Below, piece by piece: positions 23,593 through 36,300 of a stretch of 64,000 nt of DNA. Source of the stretch: Catajapyx aquilonaris. Taxonomy: Eukaryota. The stretch is taken from assembly GCA_000934665.2 (NCBI GenBank), contig JYFJ02001872.1, positions 1 to 64,000 on the forward strand, read 5' to 3'. Positions within the stretch are counted from its first letter, which is position 1. Each line of letters opens with the position of its first letter. The notes beneath the pieces are model-generated. The model worked only from the letters and a program-made list of their open reading frames with translations, was not told the origin of the DNA and ran no database searches. Made by a program: the position numbers and the translations under genes.

Positions 23593-24668
23593 GGTGAGTA
23601 GAGAACCTGCACCAGGCTGCGTTGCTTGTATCGGAGGCAGGGGTCGAACTCCGGAAAGCTGTATATGAATTCCTTATGCAAAATGGCTGGATGACACACA
23701 TGCCCGAGCTTGTCTTATCCATGGATAGGAATTTCGGTTCTGTTGACGTGTACGTGCCATAGCGAGCTACTTCAGTAGGAGTGGTGGGAGAGGGTTTGGC
23801 AAATACAGGGTAGGAAGGGTCCTAGTTGAAAATTCAAGTAAACAACAGCAGCAAGACCAGTATTTGCACCAACAAGTAAGTCTTGCTCATAATGCATGCC
23901 ACACCAGATGTGAACTTGAAGTAGTTACATGACTTCCAACCCAAACAAACACCTGCAAATAGTGTGCATGTGTCTACAGTGTGGAAACGAAACGACTCTC
24001 TGACATCATCGTCACATAACAATATCAGTAAACAGTGTCGACAAAAATAACATTGTTTACTCCTATTGTTGCACTAGAACAAAATGATGGCGTCGTTTCG
24101 TTTTCCGCACTGTACAGTAAGGCAATGTGTTCTTCATGGAACATACTTGCATGCTATCAGGCTGGTTTTGGGAAACGTAAAGCAGGAAGTGAGCCTTTAG
24201 AAATGACGCAGTCCCACCCAGATGTAATTCCGTATGAGAAGTGGGAGTTACATATTTATCTGGCAAGTGGTTCCCATTTCCAGCAGAAAAAGTAAGCCAG
24301 ATGGCAACTGCCAACTGGCTAACATGACAGCTGGTAAAAAAGATAAGGACTAGAAAAGTCAGAAGAATAAATTGTTCAGCAATTTTAGCACCCAAGTTTT
24401 AGCGCAGGTAGACATTCTGCAAAGTACACACAGATTACACGCTTTTCAAACACCAAGTTTGTGGCCCCTCTGCCACCTTTTTGCCTGTCAAAGCAATTTT
24501 TTGTGCTGGTGTGCTGTCCCTATATTTATCTTTCTCTCAACTCTGGTGAATTTATAAAACATCCTTAACCCCTTCAGCTCCACTTGCCGACTCGATTGTC
24601 GAGTCTATTCACACTGCTCACATAAGCTGGAAAAAGCATGCTCGTGTATATAGATACTGGATTGGGGT

Positions 24669-26225
24669 GGGGGGGTCCATGTCAGTTCATCCAGACATGT
24701 CACCCACCACCTCAGATTTTCTCGAAATTTTAAATGAGTGAACTGTGTACTGAGAAACTAATATCCTGAAAATTTTAGCTTCCTAGCTCTTATAGTTCTT
24801 GAGTTATGGCTAGGCAAAATTTCGGTGAAAGAAGCCTGATTCCAAATATGCTGTCAGATTTGTGTCAGATGTGTGCAAGATCATACCTTCACACTCTAAT
24901 CAATAAAATTTTGTTAGCAAGAATCATCATGACCTTGAAACTTTCACAGCTAATGTGCAAAAAAAGGTACACTCAAATTTTAATGAAATTGCACCACAAG
25001 AACGGTCTTCAAGTCTACTTTCAGGTGTAAAAAAATTGTCTCTGTTTTGGTTTTTCACCTTGATAATAGTCCATTAACACACAGTGTAAGTAAACAAGAA
25101 TTTTGAATTGACACACTCCTTCAGATTGCTATAAAACCTTTCTAGGTAGGCCTAATTAATTTTGTAAAGACACCGCCAAAGTAAAACTTATTTCAACGTA
25201 CGAGTCACTTTGCTTTGTCTTGAAACTACACCAAGTGGCTTCAATTTCCTTGGACGACACCTGTGACAGTTGGTATTGGCTTCCAGTTGCAGTAATGTAT
25301 GGAAAACGAGAGAACAATCTGAAGTCATCGTTTGTTCCATTGTTGCTTTTTGTTGACACTGTTTACTCATATTGCTCTGTGAGGGGATTTCCATGGAAAC
25401 CTTGATGAGGTCATATGGTTCTTGCATTTTTCGTACATTATTAAGCATTCCTACCCCACATAGCACATGTTGCACGCTTTTGTTGCATGTGTTTACGATC
25501 ACCATTGGTATGTAGGGGTTGTGGAGAATAGGAGAAAAATTACTTCTATGGTGACGTATATGTGAAATTTATGCATCCACATGGCCCATCAAGATCCTAC
25601 TATTGGCCAAATCCTGATGATACATCCTGGGTTCCAGTGCAACATGTGCTATGTGGGGTAGGAATGCCTAGTACTGCAACTGGAGGACAATACCAACTGT
25701 CACAAGTGTTGTCCAATGAAATTGAAGCCGCTTGGTGTAGTTTCAAAAAAAAAAGGATAACTTTGGTGGTGTCGTCACAAAAATAATTAGGCCTACCTGG
25801 AAAATTTTATAGCAATCTGAAGGAGTATGTCAGTCGAAAATTCTTGTTAACTGATACTTTGTATTAATGTACCATCCAAAATACAGACAAATTTTTACAC
25901 CTCCTGAAAGTAGACTTGAAGACCTTGCTTGTGGTGCAATTTCATTAAATAGCTGTGAAAGTTTCAAGGTAATTATGATTCTTGCTAACAAAATTTTATT
26001 GATTAGAGTGTGAAGGTATGATCTTAGCACAAATCTGACAGCATTTTTGGAATCAGCACGTTTCTTTCACCCAAATTTTGCCTACCATAACTCAAGAACT
26101 TGAATAGCGAGGAAACTGAAATTTTCAGGTTATTAGTTTCTCAGTACACAGTTTACACATTCAAAATTTCAAGAAAATTTGAGATGGTGGGTGACATGCC
26201 TGGCTGAACTGACATGGAATGCCCC
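24669..26225. mobile_element. Large (about 1.55 kb) fold-back DNA-transposon derivative
   Basis: Left TCCATGTCAGTTCATCCAGACATGTCACCCACC pairs with right GGTGGGTGACATGCCTGGCTGAACTGACATGGAATGCCCC. Arms are about 24669-25475 and 25638-26225. The centre and right arm carry a frameshifted coding relic CVYDHHWYVGVV..GDVYVKFMHPHGPSRSYYWPNPDDTSWVPVQHVLC, resembling the C-terminus of arthropod transposon-encoded proteins. Superfamily not assigned. Confidence 0.85.
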
Positions 26226-26314
26226 TACAAAAAAAACCTCCCACATGAATAAGGTGTAGGTACTGTATGAAGAACTATACATTCAAATTGTGCAGAGGTG
26301 TCATACCCCAGTTG

Positions 26315-27100
26315 TAGTGGAAAGTCTATCGTTTATCCGCACCTAGCGACGCGGTGGGATTGGCAGGTACACATGTTGGCTATGCGTCGCAAACAACCGG
26401 TTGCCGGGAGAGCATAACAAAGGGCGTCTTCTTACCCCTGCCACGCGAACCGTTCAGACGAGTGCTAGGACCACAGTATTAATGAAGGAGGTGGGAAATA
26501 TGAAAGCCATGATGGTTTCTGCAGTCCGTTAACCCAAAGAACGATGTGCTGTCACACCAGCCGTGTTTTCTGAGCGTGTGCAGTAGTATGCCTGCAGAGT
26601 GAGTCGTGGGCATGATTGGAGGGGAGAGCCGGGTGTTGGTGGGCGGAACTTGGCGTCATGACTGTGTGAAGGTGTACTTCGCGCTTGGCAAAGCCACAAT
26701 AACGTTCGTTGGCCTGCGGCGCCACAAGACGGACAGTAAAGTTGCGGATACAGAAACCCACAATAAGCGCCCAGCTCCGCTCTCGCTCCGCAAAAACTAA
26801 AAATATCACGCATGGGCGATGTACCGTGCCTGGCAGGGCCACAACAATGTACAGTACTGTTGCGGTAACAAAAAGCCATACAGCAATACCAAGACAAAGG
26901 GCTATTCCATCCACTTAATCACCTCAAAATCCCGAATTGAATCCCCAAAAGGCCAAAAAGAAGAATAAAGCACAGTTCCATGTAACCATGCAGCAGTATC
27001 AATAGGCACCCAATTGTTTGCGACGCAACGTTGCCAACCGTCGGGAGGCCTAACACCGACCATGTTGTTAAGGTGCGGATAAACAATAGATTATCCGTTG
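26315..27100. mobile_element. TIR element with a CpG-rich interior
   Basis: TCTATCGTTTATCCGCACCT (26325-26344) is the reverse complement of AGGTGCGGATAAACAATAGA (27071-27090) at 19/20 positions, with weaker pairing on either side. TSD not resolved. Confidence 0.7.
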
Positions 27101-27378
27101 TAGTTCCTTGACTAAATGCCATATTCTCCAGCTGTTGTGATGCTGGAATTGTATTTTCTGAACTCTCTATGTATGGGAAGGTTCCTGTTTGTTTTTTGTG
27201 TGCCTTGAGTAAAGCAGATAGGATGATAGCACCAAAGGGAGTAGCACCAAAATATCTTCTGCTTACTCTCTCTGCCTGTAATATTTTTAGTATATCAAGA
27301 ACAATGCATGGGAGTTGTAATGTGCTATCTTTGCACACGTTTATGTCCTTTTCTTTGTAGCTGCTGCAGACCTGAGAT

Positions 27379-30300
27379 ATGCGTGCTTTTCGGGGACGTG
27401 GTGGGAGCAGGGGGTGGGTAGGACGAGGAGGAGGAGGGGGTAGGGGTGCTGGCAATTCTGATAACTCCTATTGGAGTGGAAGTTCGTCCTCCACCCGAGG
27501 AAAGTACTATTCTGGTTCTGGAGGATATGATAAAGAGACTTATCACAACTCGCCGTCAGAACGTTCTCACTACCACTCAGGTAATCTATTGGACTTTAAT
27601 TTTTGTCTCAAAGTGGATACATTTGAGGGGTTATTTATTTTCATTATTATTCACCAATCGTGGTCTACCTGTATCCTACCTTTAGACTACCAGTAAAATT
27701 GACTGCCTGTAAATTACTTGGTCTGATATAATTTGGTACTGTGGGAAGGCAGGGAAAGAATGGATGACTAAGATTGGAGGATTGACTAATTGGCACATTT
27801 ATGTGTTCAAGTAATTTACGGGCAACAGTTTTTAGTGGTAGTCTGGGATAACCTGTAGTGGTGCAGGGATAGTACACTGGGCAGCAGAGTGTAACATGGG
27901 ACTTATGCCCTGCCCCTGAGCAGAGACCTGCCCCTGTTAAGATTATCCTGGGGCTACCCTAGGACTGTATCTGGATAGAGACACTAGTCTACCCTATGAC
28001 AATAACCCCTCAAAGGTTGCCAATTTTGTTGAGCATGTATTTGGTTTTATTGCATTTGTATTATGATGTTCTAGGAGGTAACATGGATCGTTATTCAAGC
28101 CGAAACAGTGGGCGAGTGGAAGAGTATCACCGATCTTCTAGAGGGGTGAGAAGTTTATGTTGTTCTCTTGTCACTTGTCACATGTATAACGCCATACCCC
28201 GTTAATAAAAATTATTAGCTGGGGGATGCATTATATAGAATAGATGTGATGGCCAAAAAATGTTTGAATGAGAGAAATTGAAAACTTTCAACCAAAAACT
28301 CATCTATATGAAATGGAGGATTGGAATTTGTATGCATTGGATTAGAACAATGTTATGATAACATGGGCTCATTTTACCCTGGGCCTTTGCCCTTGCCAAA
28401 ACAGCAGAGCGAGGCAAGTTCTGGTCGGTATTCCAACAGCCGTGATGAGCATGTAACCTCGCCGGAGGTACCCCGGAAAAGGATCAGGATGGATTCAGGA
28501 GGCTACAATCAGGTATGAAAAGAGCTACACATGAACTAGAACTTTCTCCAACACTAAGGAGCATTTTTCGAGAAACAATTTTTCGGTCGACCTTCTTTTG
28601 CATGATCTTTCTTGAGTGAAACCTAGGGCAGGTTGAGGATTATGGATATCTTGAGCTTCCCCAACACGACTATGTCATGATGGAGAATCATGCAATGAGA
28701 CAACTCCTTCAAGCAACTTGACAATTTCATTTAACTCCCCCTTCCTTCCCTCAACTTACAATATACCAGGGGTCGAGTAGCCACAGGAGTCGCGGCGCTG
28801 ACACATCCGGCAGTGGATACGCCTCTGGTGGAAGTGGTGCTGGTGCAGAGTATGGTCGCTACTACCACACTGGCAGCAACACACGTGGCAAAGCGTATTA
28901 TGAAGAACGCAAGTCATACAGCGGTGAAAGTAGTCGTGGTGGCTACAGAGATGGAGGCATGGATCGTGGAGGGGTTCACCGCACAGCACGACCATACAAG
29001 CGTCGTGGTGGGGTGGACCTTCCTTCTGAGAAGCGCATGTTGGATGTGTCTCGCAATACATTACCCCCACCCCCGCCTCCCCCAGCAATCAGTCGCAGGG
29101 GGATGAGGCGTGGCAGAGGGGCAACCCGTGGTTCAGGGTATACCCCTCGGGGGTCTCCAAGAGGCATGGACATGTCCCGATCCCACCATCATCTGCCACC
29201 GTCTTCACCGCTAACAGCATCAGAGAGGCACCATCGACACCATTCACACCATCGACGGAATGATGATGAGATTGAGACTGGGACTGGGCCTTCCCCACAG
29301 CAGGCTTCCCTGCCCCCACTGCATGTGTCACAGCGTCATGCAGACCTGAAGCGAAGGGCCATGGGCGTAAGCTTGGCAGCCCGCAAGCGCAGCCAGGAAG
29401 AGTGGACCCAAGAGTACTGGAGGAGAGTGCGGGTGGACAAGGCCGAGAGGTACTTACATAAGAACAAATTAAGCCGCCAATTGGCACCTTGTTAAAAGAA
29501 GTCATCCATTTTGTGTATAGATACAACCCCCTTGGCTCTGAATGGAATTCAAACTGGGGTGTAAGAAATACCTTCATGGCGGTTTACTTAAGGTGATGTC
29601 AGCAATGGCTCTGGATGGAGTTAAACCTGGGGGAAAAAAATGCATACATCCGGTCACGCTAATTGCTGTAGTGGTTTTGTTGCAATGACATGAACAAATC
29701 CTTTTAGAGAATAAAACACGAACCATGCAGTTCTGGATGGAGTTATCGCTGGGTTACTCGGAAGCGGTTGTGTTAAAGAGCAAATTGGTGTAGCTAGAGA
29801 GTAAAGAGACCACCGAGCTCAAGATGGAGTAAGATTGGGGTACCTAGAAAATGGCTCCAGAATTGGAGTGACCGGATTGAAGTGGGAAAAATTTTTGGTT
29901 GACAGCCCAGATTTTGGTGTGTGGCAAATGCAGATATACTGCCTGGGAGTTGCAGTGTGCCAGCAGATGTGGCAGATATTTTAAAGGATGATTCAGATGG
30001 AGTCTTCTCTTGATGTTTTCTGGTCACCTAGTGATTGTAGAGATGGATTATACTAAATTCTGAGCAGAAGAAAGAATGGAGATAAAATAGTTTCTCTGCA
30101 TATATTGCTATCGCAGAAATATAACGTGAATAATGGAACCTGTAGGTTTTTCCTGCTGGAATGCCACCAAGTGCATGCATTTGTAATAGAATTTTTGAGA
30201 GTTTTGAGCTGACTTTCAGACAAATGCAACAGGTAGCTGCTTGTAACAACTATATGAGAAATGAGATCCATTTTGCGTTAGAATCAGTTTGGGTCAGATG

Positions 30301-33300
30301 GCTGGGTCATGAGACTGCCCCCAGAAATATCTTCAAATCAGAGAATGAACGATGGGCTCTTTTTTGGAGCTCTTGCCACTTGCAATCATAAAATTAGTAG
30401 CACAAGATACCCCAAGAGGTTCTTGTTACTGTTACAGAAAAGAAGACCTGCAAGAATAGTTGGGGAAGCAAGCATTTTATTTCCTGGCTTTAGGTGGTGT
30501 GTAAGGACTTGTAGCTTATCTTCCATACACAAATTAACCTTGCATATCTCCTAATAAATGTGTTTTTTATTAGGGCAAAGCGAAAGCGAAAGGCAGCTCG
30601 GGACATAGAAGATAATGAGGATGTAGGTGGTGATCATGAAGGAGAGGGAGAGCTGCAGATTGTTGAGGATGTTGATCCTAAAGCTGAGGCTGATGAGGAC
30701 GAGGATGAAGATGGACCTCAGAGAATTATTAAGCTGGGAGAAGATTATGAGGAGGATGATGAAAAAGGAGAAGGAGAAGGGAAGAATGTTCATCATGAGG
30801 AACCAGATGATGATGATGATGATGGTGCTAAGGTAGGTTCCTTTATCTCCGATATTCCAAGTGTTTGTCCCAAAGACCCTCTCCTGTATTCCTATCAGTT
30901 TGTGGAAATCCCTTCAGTCAAGCACATAATTTCCAGGATTTGCATACTGGGTGACTCTGCCACAGTGAAGGTTCTAGATTGAACCATTTACTCCCCCCAA
31001 CAAATGAAGGACATGCAGGTGCATTGTATGATGGCTGCCAACTTTGTTTCATTACCAGGGGTAACTAATCTGTTAATTGCTCCCCCTCGCTGCCATCTCA
31101 AGGAGAAACACCCTAACTTCAAAACTAGTAAGGGTGAAAGTCATGTACATGCCCTGCACTAATCCCCCTTGGCCCAGGAGGGATTAGTGCAGGGCAGGCA
31201 CGCGACTTTCACCCTTACTAGATTTGAAGTTAGGGTGTTCTCCTTGGGACGGCAGCTCTCAGCTCATTCATTGGGGCCGAGTGACACTCTGTAAACATTG
31301 GGTGAGCTGGTTTTACAATTGTGCCGTAACAAACGCTGTGGCCGGATTGGTTCTCAGTATATTTATGAAGTTGTGTTGGTCTTATTTTGTGTACTCTTGA
31401 CTCTGCCCATTATTTTGCATCTTGTGACAAAGTAGATGCCAGATGCATGTATCTGGTTTTTGCTGGCCACCCCTTCATTGGATCTAGGGCATGAAGAATT
31501 GTTATTATATATTGTACAGTGCTGGACATATTAGCCGTCGCTGAATGGTTTTTTTCAAACGGCTGCGGCGGCCGGAAAAAAACATTCAGCGATGGCTAAT
31601 ATGTCCAGCACTGTACTATGACATCCTGGCTCCCAGTGTTTCATGAGCACAATTTTTGTTGTTACTCCAATAACCTTTATCTACTCCAATCAATTTTTAT
31701 TTAAATTGGTACCGCCCTGCAAGTCTGATTAAGAAGTGAGCAAAAAGAAAACATCCCTGTGCTACTCTCTGAGATAATGTGGGAATAGGTGTAGCATTGC
31801 CTCACCCTGCTTTTATGTTGTTATTTTAGGGTGGGACAGATGAAATTCATGGAAAGTCAGGTGATATTGCTATGGAGGATGCTTTTGAGGATGATGAGAA
31901 GAAGGAGGATGGGGATGAAAGGGAGGATGAGGACGAGGAAGCAGAGCACTTTTCCAAGGAGAAACTAAAGCGAACTCTCGCAAAGGGATCTCGTTCTATG
32001 AAGGTAAATTTTCAGTTGGGAAGTACTTTCCCCCTCCATGCAGCAGCAGGTAAATGATAGGAACTATCATGGCCGACCCTCATGGCCTTACAGGTGACAA
32101 TACAGCATGGGGACAATGGGAGGGCAGTCAATGAGGGCAGGCGAAGCAGCATGGAGAAGGCTGTGCCTGCCCCTCGTAAGTTCATCCGCTTGGACTGCCC
32201 GCATTGTCACCGCCACTGCACCACTTTCAGAGTGAGTAGCAATGTTTAAGTGCAGGCATGATGCATTGCTAATGTTACCCTTTTTGAAAGCTTGGCCTTT
32301 CTCTTCGTACTTCTTCACTCTCAATTTGGCTGCTGCTAGTAGTAGAGTCGGGAGCAGTCTAACATGACAGAGCATGAATCCCCTCTTGCCCCAAGCATAC
32401 TTCCCCAACACTATTTCACCAGTTTAGAATGTCAAAGAGAGGAACTTGCCAAATTGGTGTTAGCAATCTTATCATTAACTGAATAATAGCGTAGTCAAAC
32501 TATACAGGGTGGTCGGTAAATGGCTCACAAGCTTCAGGTAGCAAGATTCCTTGTGAAAAACCAGTATATGGAAGTGAAGGTCATATTGTTCTACGAGGCC
32601 TGGTTAGGGCTCACGAGGCCTCCAAAGTTTGGGCCAAATCATGACGTCACATCCGCCCGCGAAATTCAAACACTCCCGTATCGCCACTGTACGCGGTGTG
32701 TTGCTGGGCGTTGCCATGTTGACATCCCCCACATGTTGACCAAACAATGGAACCGTATAAAGTCGCAGGGACGTTGCCATACCGTCGCATAAACTCGTGG
32801 GGACGACAGTATGGCAACGCCTAGCAACACACCGCGTACGGTGGCGATACGGTAATGTTTGAATTTTACTGGCGGATGTGACATCATGATTTGGCCCAAA
32901 CTTCGGAGGGCTCGTGAGCCCTAACCAGGCCTCGTAGAGCAATATGACCTTCACTTCCATATACTGGTTTTTCACAAGAAATCTCGCTACCTGAAGCTTG
33001 TGCGCCATTTACCGACCACCCTGTATAAAATGGCAGTGCCTGGGAAACACAGAAGCTACTTTGAATGAAGAAGAGAGGATCAAAATAAAATATCAAATTA
33101 GGCACTTTCCTACATCTCTGAGCTTTTCAGAAGTAACTCACTGGTACGTCCTATATCGCTCAAAAACATAGAGACGATTTTGCATTTGATTCAAGTGCAG
33201 GCTGCACTTGAGTCAAATGCAAAATCGTCTCGTATGTTTTTGGGCGATATAGTACCTCTCCTTGTTTTTACTGCCATTGCTTGAAACAGAAGAAATCATT

Positions 33301-36300
33301 GCAATATGGGTAGCATTTTTCATCATCATTGTGAGCTTGGGCCAGTTGTATTTTTTTATCTGACACACCTCCCTTGAGAGGTTTAAACTGCCCAATAATA
33401 GGCCTGTCTCAGCTGTGCAAGTGAGCAAATGATGTAAGAGGAGCATGCATGCATGTGACTTTTCCATTCCTTCCTCTGTCCCTGCTAAGGAGATGTGTAT
33501 ATATTTTCATCTGGCAGCCCATAGGGTATTTGGGAGGGGAGGGGGGGGGGGGGNGGGGGGGGGGGTGAAATGGAAGGATTAAAACAACGTAAAAGGAAGT
33601 ATCCAGATTTTGGGCTCCTGAGGTTTGTCTTATTGGGGGTTTTACTGGATTTTTACAGGCACTTCCTGGAGACGTGTACACCCAATATGTAAGGAATTGA
33701 AACATTTTCTTTGTCTCTTCACAGGACTATGCAATACATCTTTACAATCAGCGTCATCAGAGTGCCATGCATAAGGTTGCATTAAATCTGAAATCAGTGC
33801 TGGGCCGCATGCGGAGCAAACAGAGACACCAGCAGCGAGAGCTTGAGGAGATGGAGGAAGCCCAGGGAACACTGGGTGCCCGCTCTAACTTCTGTTACTG
33901 TTGCAAGCTGAATTTCAGGCAGACCAGGGAGGAACATGAAGCATCAGAAATGCACCAGGTAACAGCAAATCATTTAATTTAGGGCAAGCCATATGTCTAA
34001 TGTTGCTTGCTTTATTTTTAAATACAGAAAATCCGAAAATTTATGCTACCAGTTTGCCATGTGTGCCAGCTGGCCTTCAAGTCACCAATGATTTATGAAC
34101 GGCACTTGTGCTCATTGGAACACTTAAAGGTAATTGTATACATTCTTTCATTAATTGTTAGGTTTTTCTTCTTCCTTTGATGTGCTGTGATACATAGTCA
34201 TAAGGACTGGAACAATGATGCATACTTCCTGTGGTGTATTTTTTTTTCTTTTTCTTATTGCAATGGTTTTTTTGTGTAGCGCAAGAAGCAATACGTACCA
34301 GTCAAGGGCAAGAAGAAAGCTCTTCGGGAGCCTCCAGAAGTTGATCAAGATGTGTCAGAAGGTGAGGAAGAGGAGGAACTGGATTTAGACAACTTCATCA
34401 CCATGGATGCAGTTGGAGACGTAGATGGTGAGTGGAATTATAGTGGGTATGGAGGACTTTATGATAGCTTCTGTTTCTTTCACTCAAAGAAGGGGACATT
34501 GCTGAGGATGGGGAAGGGGAATCCCACGATGATGAGGAAAGGGAAGAAGGGAAGCGGGTTGTAGAGAAGCAGAAGAAGGTGGTGCGTAAGGCTGCAACAC
34601 GAACCAAGGACAGGCCTGTAGGTTAGTATCAGATTGATTCATTTCTTCATTTCCTCGTAGCCTTATCCCATTATATGAGGTAGCCAGATAATGGATAACT
34701 GACATTGATGAAGGAGGTCTCCAAAGATGTGTGCATGTGTATAAATTGGATGTGGAATTTTTTACTGGGAGACTGAAAAGGCTAAACTTAGTTTTTTCCT
34801 ATTGAAGAATGTGGTAGTTTATATACTCCATTTTTTATAAGGTACAAATGACAGTCCTTTTGGTACTTGTTTTTGTAACATATTAATGACAACAGTAGTG
34901 ATGTCACTTGGAGCTTAAAAGCATCAGAGTAAACCTATTCAGTTACCTACTTTGACTAATGAAGCTGCTCAGGGTGATGCAATTTTGTGTCTTGTGATGT
35001 GTAATAAAGGGTCACATATTAGTTCTATCGACATTTAAAACATGCTTAAATTTTTTTTCAGGGGAGAACTTTGTGAAGAAGGTGCGTGTGTACTATTGTG
35101 AGCTGTGCCACAAGTACCTGGCCCAGAGCACTCCTCCAGAGAGGACTCTGCATGCTCACCTCTGCTCCCGACCTCATCAGCAGCATTTCCGAGCACATCA
35201 GGTAACGGGTCCTGTTTCTTGGCTGGCTTTTACTGTTATATCCACAAAGTAACAATTGCATCATTTAAGGCTGAACAGAAGAGGCTAGAGAAAGAGAAGG
35301 CCAAGAAAGAGAGAATAGCTGCTCTGAAGGCTAAGAAGTTGTCAAAGAAGGGCACAAAGACCAGTGAAGAAAAGGAAGGGCAGGAGTTCAGGAAGGTATA
35401 AATTAATGCAGTTATTCTGGTTTAGTTCATAACTAAACAGGCACAGTTCTAGGGCATCATAAGGCTCTTTCACATGAGCGACCTTTGGGCAGGAATGTTC
35501 AGAATCTAAATGATTAATGATGCCTAGTTCATAGGACCAGGGGTAGAATGTCATGGAAGATTTTCAATTTATTGGGCACTGCACATATTGACCATTGGCT
35601 AGTATTTGTCCTAGCAAGTCATGGAGAACTAATAACAACAATAGACATTAACATGCCAATTTATTTTTTTAAATGGGCGAGTTCTCAATAACACAGCAAA
35701 CAAATAATTACGACAAAGCAAATGATGGGATGAATGGTTGGAGGTAAATCCATAACAAGTGATTGATCCTTGCTATTCACATTATATGAGTGACTTGGAT
35801 TTCTATTGGTCATGCAGTCAGCCCTCTGTGCCAACTAAAATTGATTGGACAAAAAAGGGTGCAGATAATGTGTTGTTGTCTTTTAATGTATACTGTTTGG
35901 CTCTACGTAAGTGGGGGAACACCATAATTGAATGCATATGTGTAGTGGCCAGGCAAGTCAATAATAAAGTGCAATTAACTTACTTCACATAATTGGATTT
36001 TTCGTAGGTTCAAGTTATATGATTGTTTATATAGTTTATATGGTCATGGATAAGGTACAAAGTGCAATACTTTTAGTCCTGCAGTGATTTTCATACTGGT
36101 TAATGTGTCATTGATGATCCCCAATTTCTTCTAATTAGAGTAAGTCTCCTGACACAACTGCCACACCGGTGTCTGTGTCTGGAAAAGAAGATCTTAAGGC
36201 TCAGGGGAAGGATGATGCTGAGGAGGAATTGGGTGCCCAGGTAGATGCTGGTGACACTGAAATGCTGACTGACGACAAGTTGTGGGATGACATGGACAGG

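Noticed and set aside
23166..23722. Several 60-145 aa ORFs between APC5 and the zinc-finger gene
   Set aside because: Consistent with chance ORFs in a GC-rich bidirectional promoter/UTR; no domain similarity recognised.
24565..24640. TTAACCCCTTCAG as a piggyBac left end
   Set aside because: I could not identify a matching right TIR nearby; at most a fragment.
29980..30065. Possible intronic C/D-box snoRNA (ends in CTGA)
   Set aside because: There is no canonical RTGATGA C box or terminal stem.
32520..33008. Two ORFs with the same N-terminus MAHKLQVARFLVKNQ on opposite strands
   Set aside because: This is a by-product of the MITE's inverted arms; there is no recognisable protein motif.
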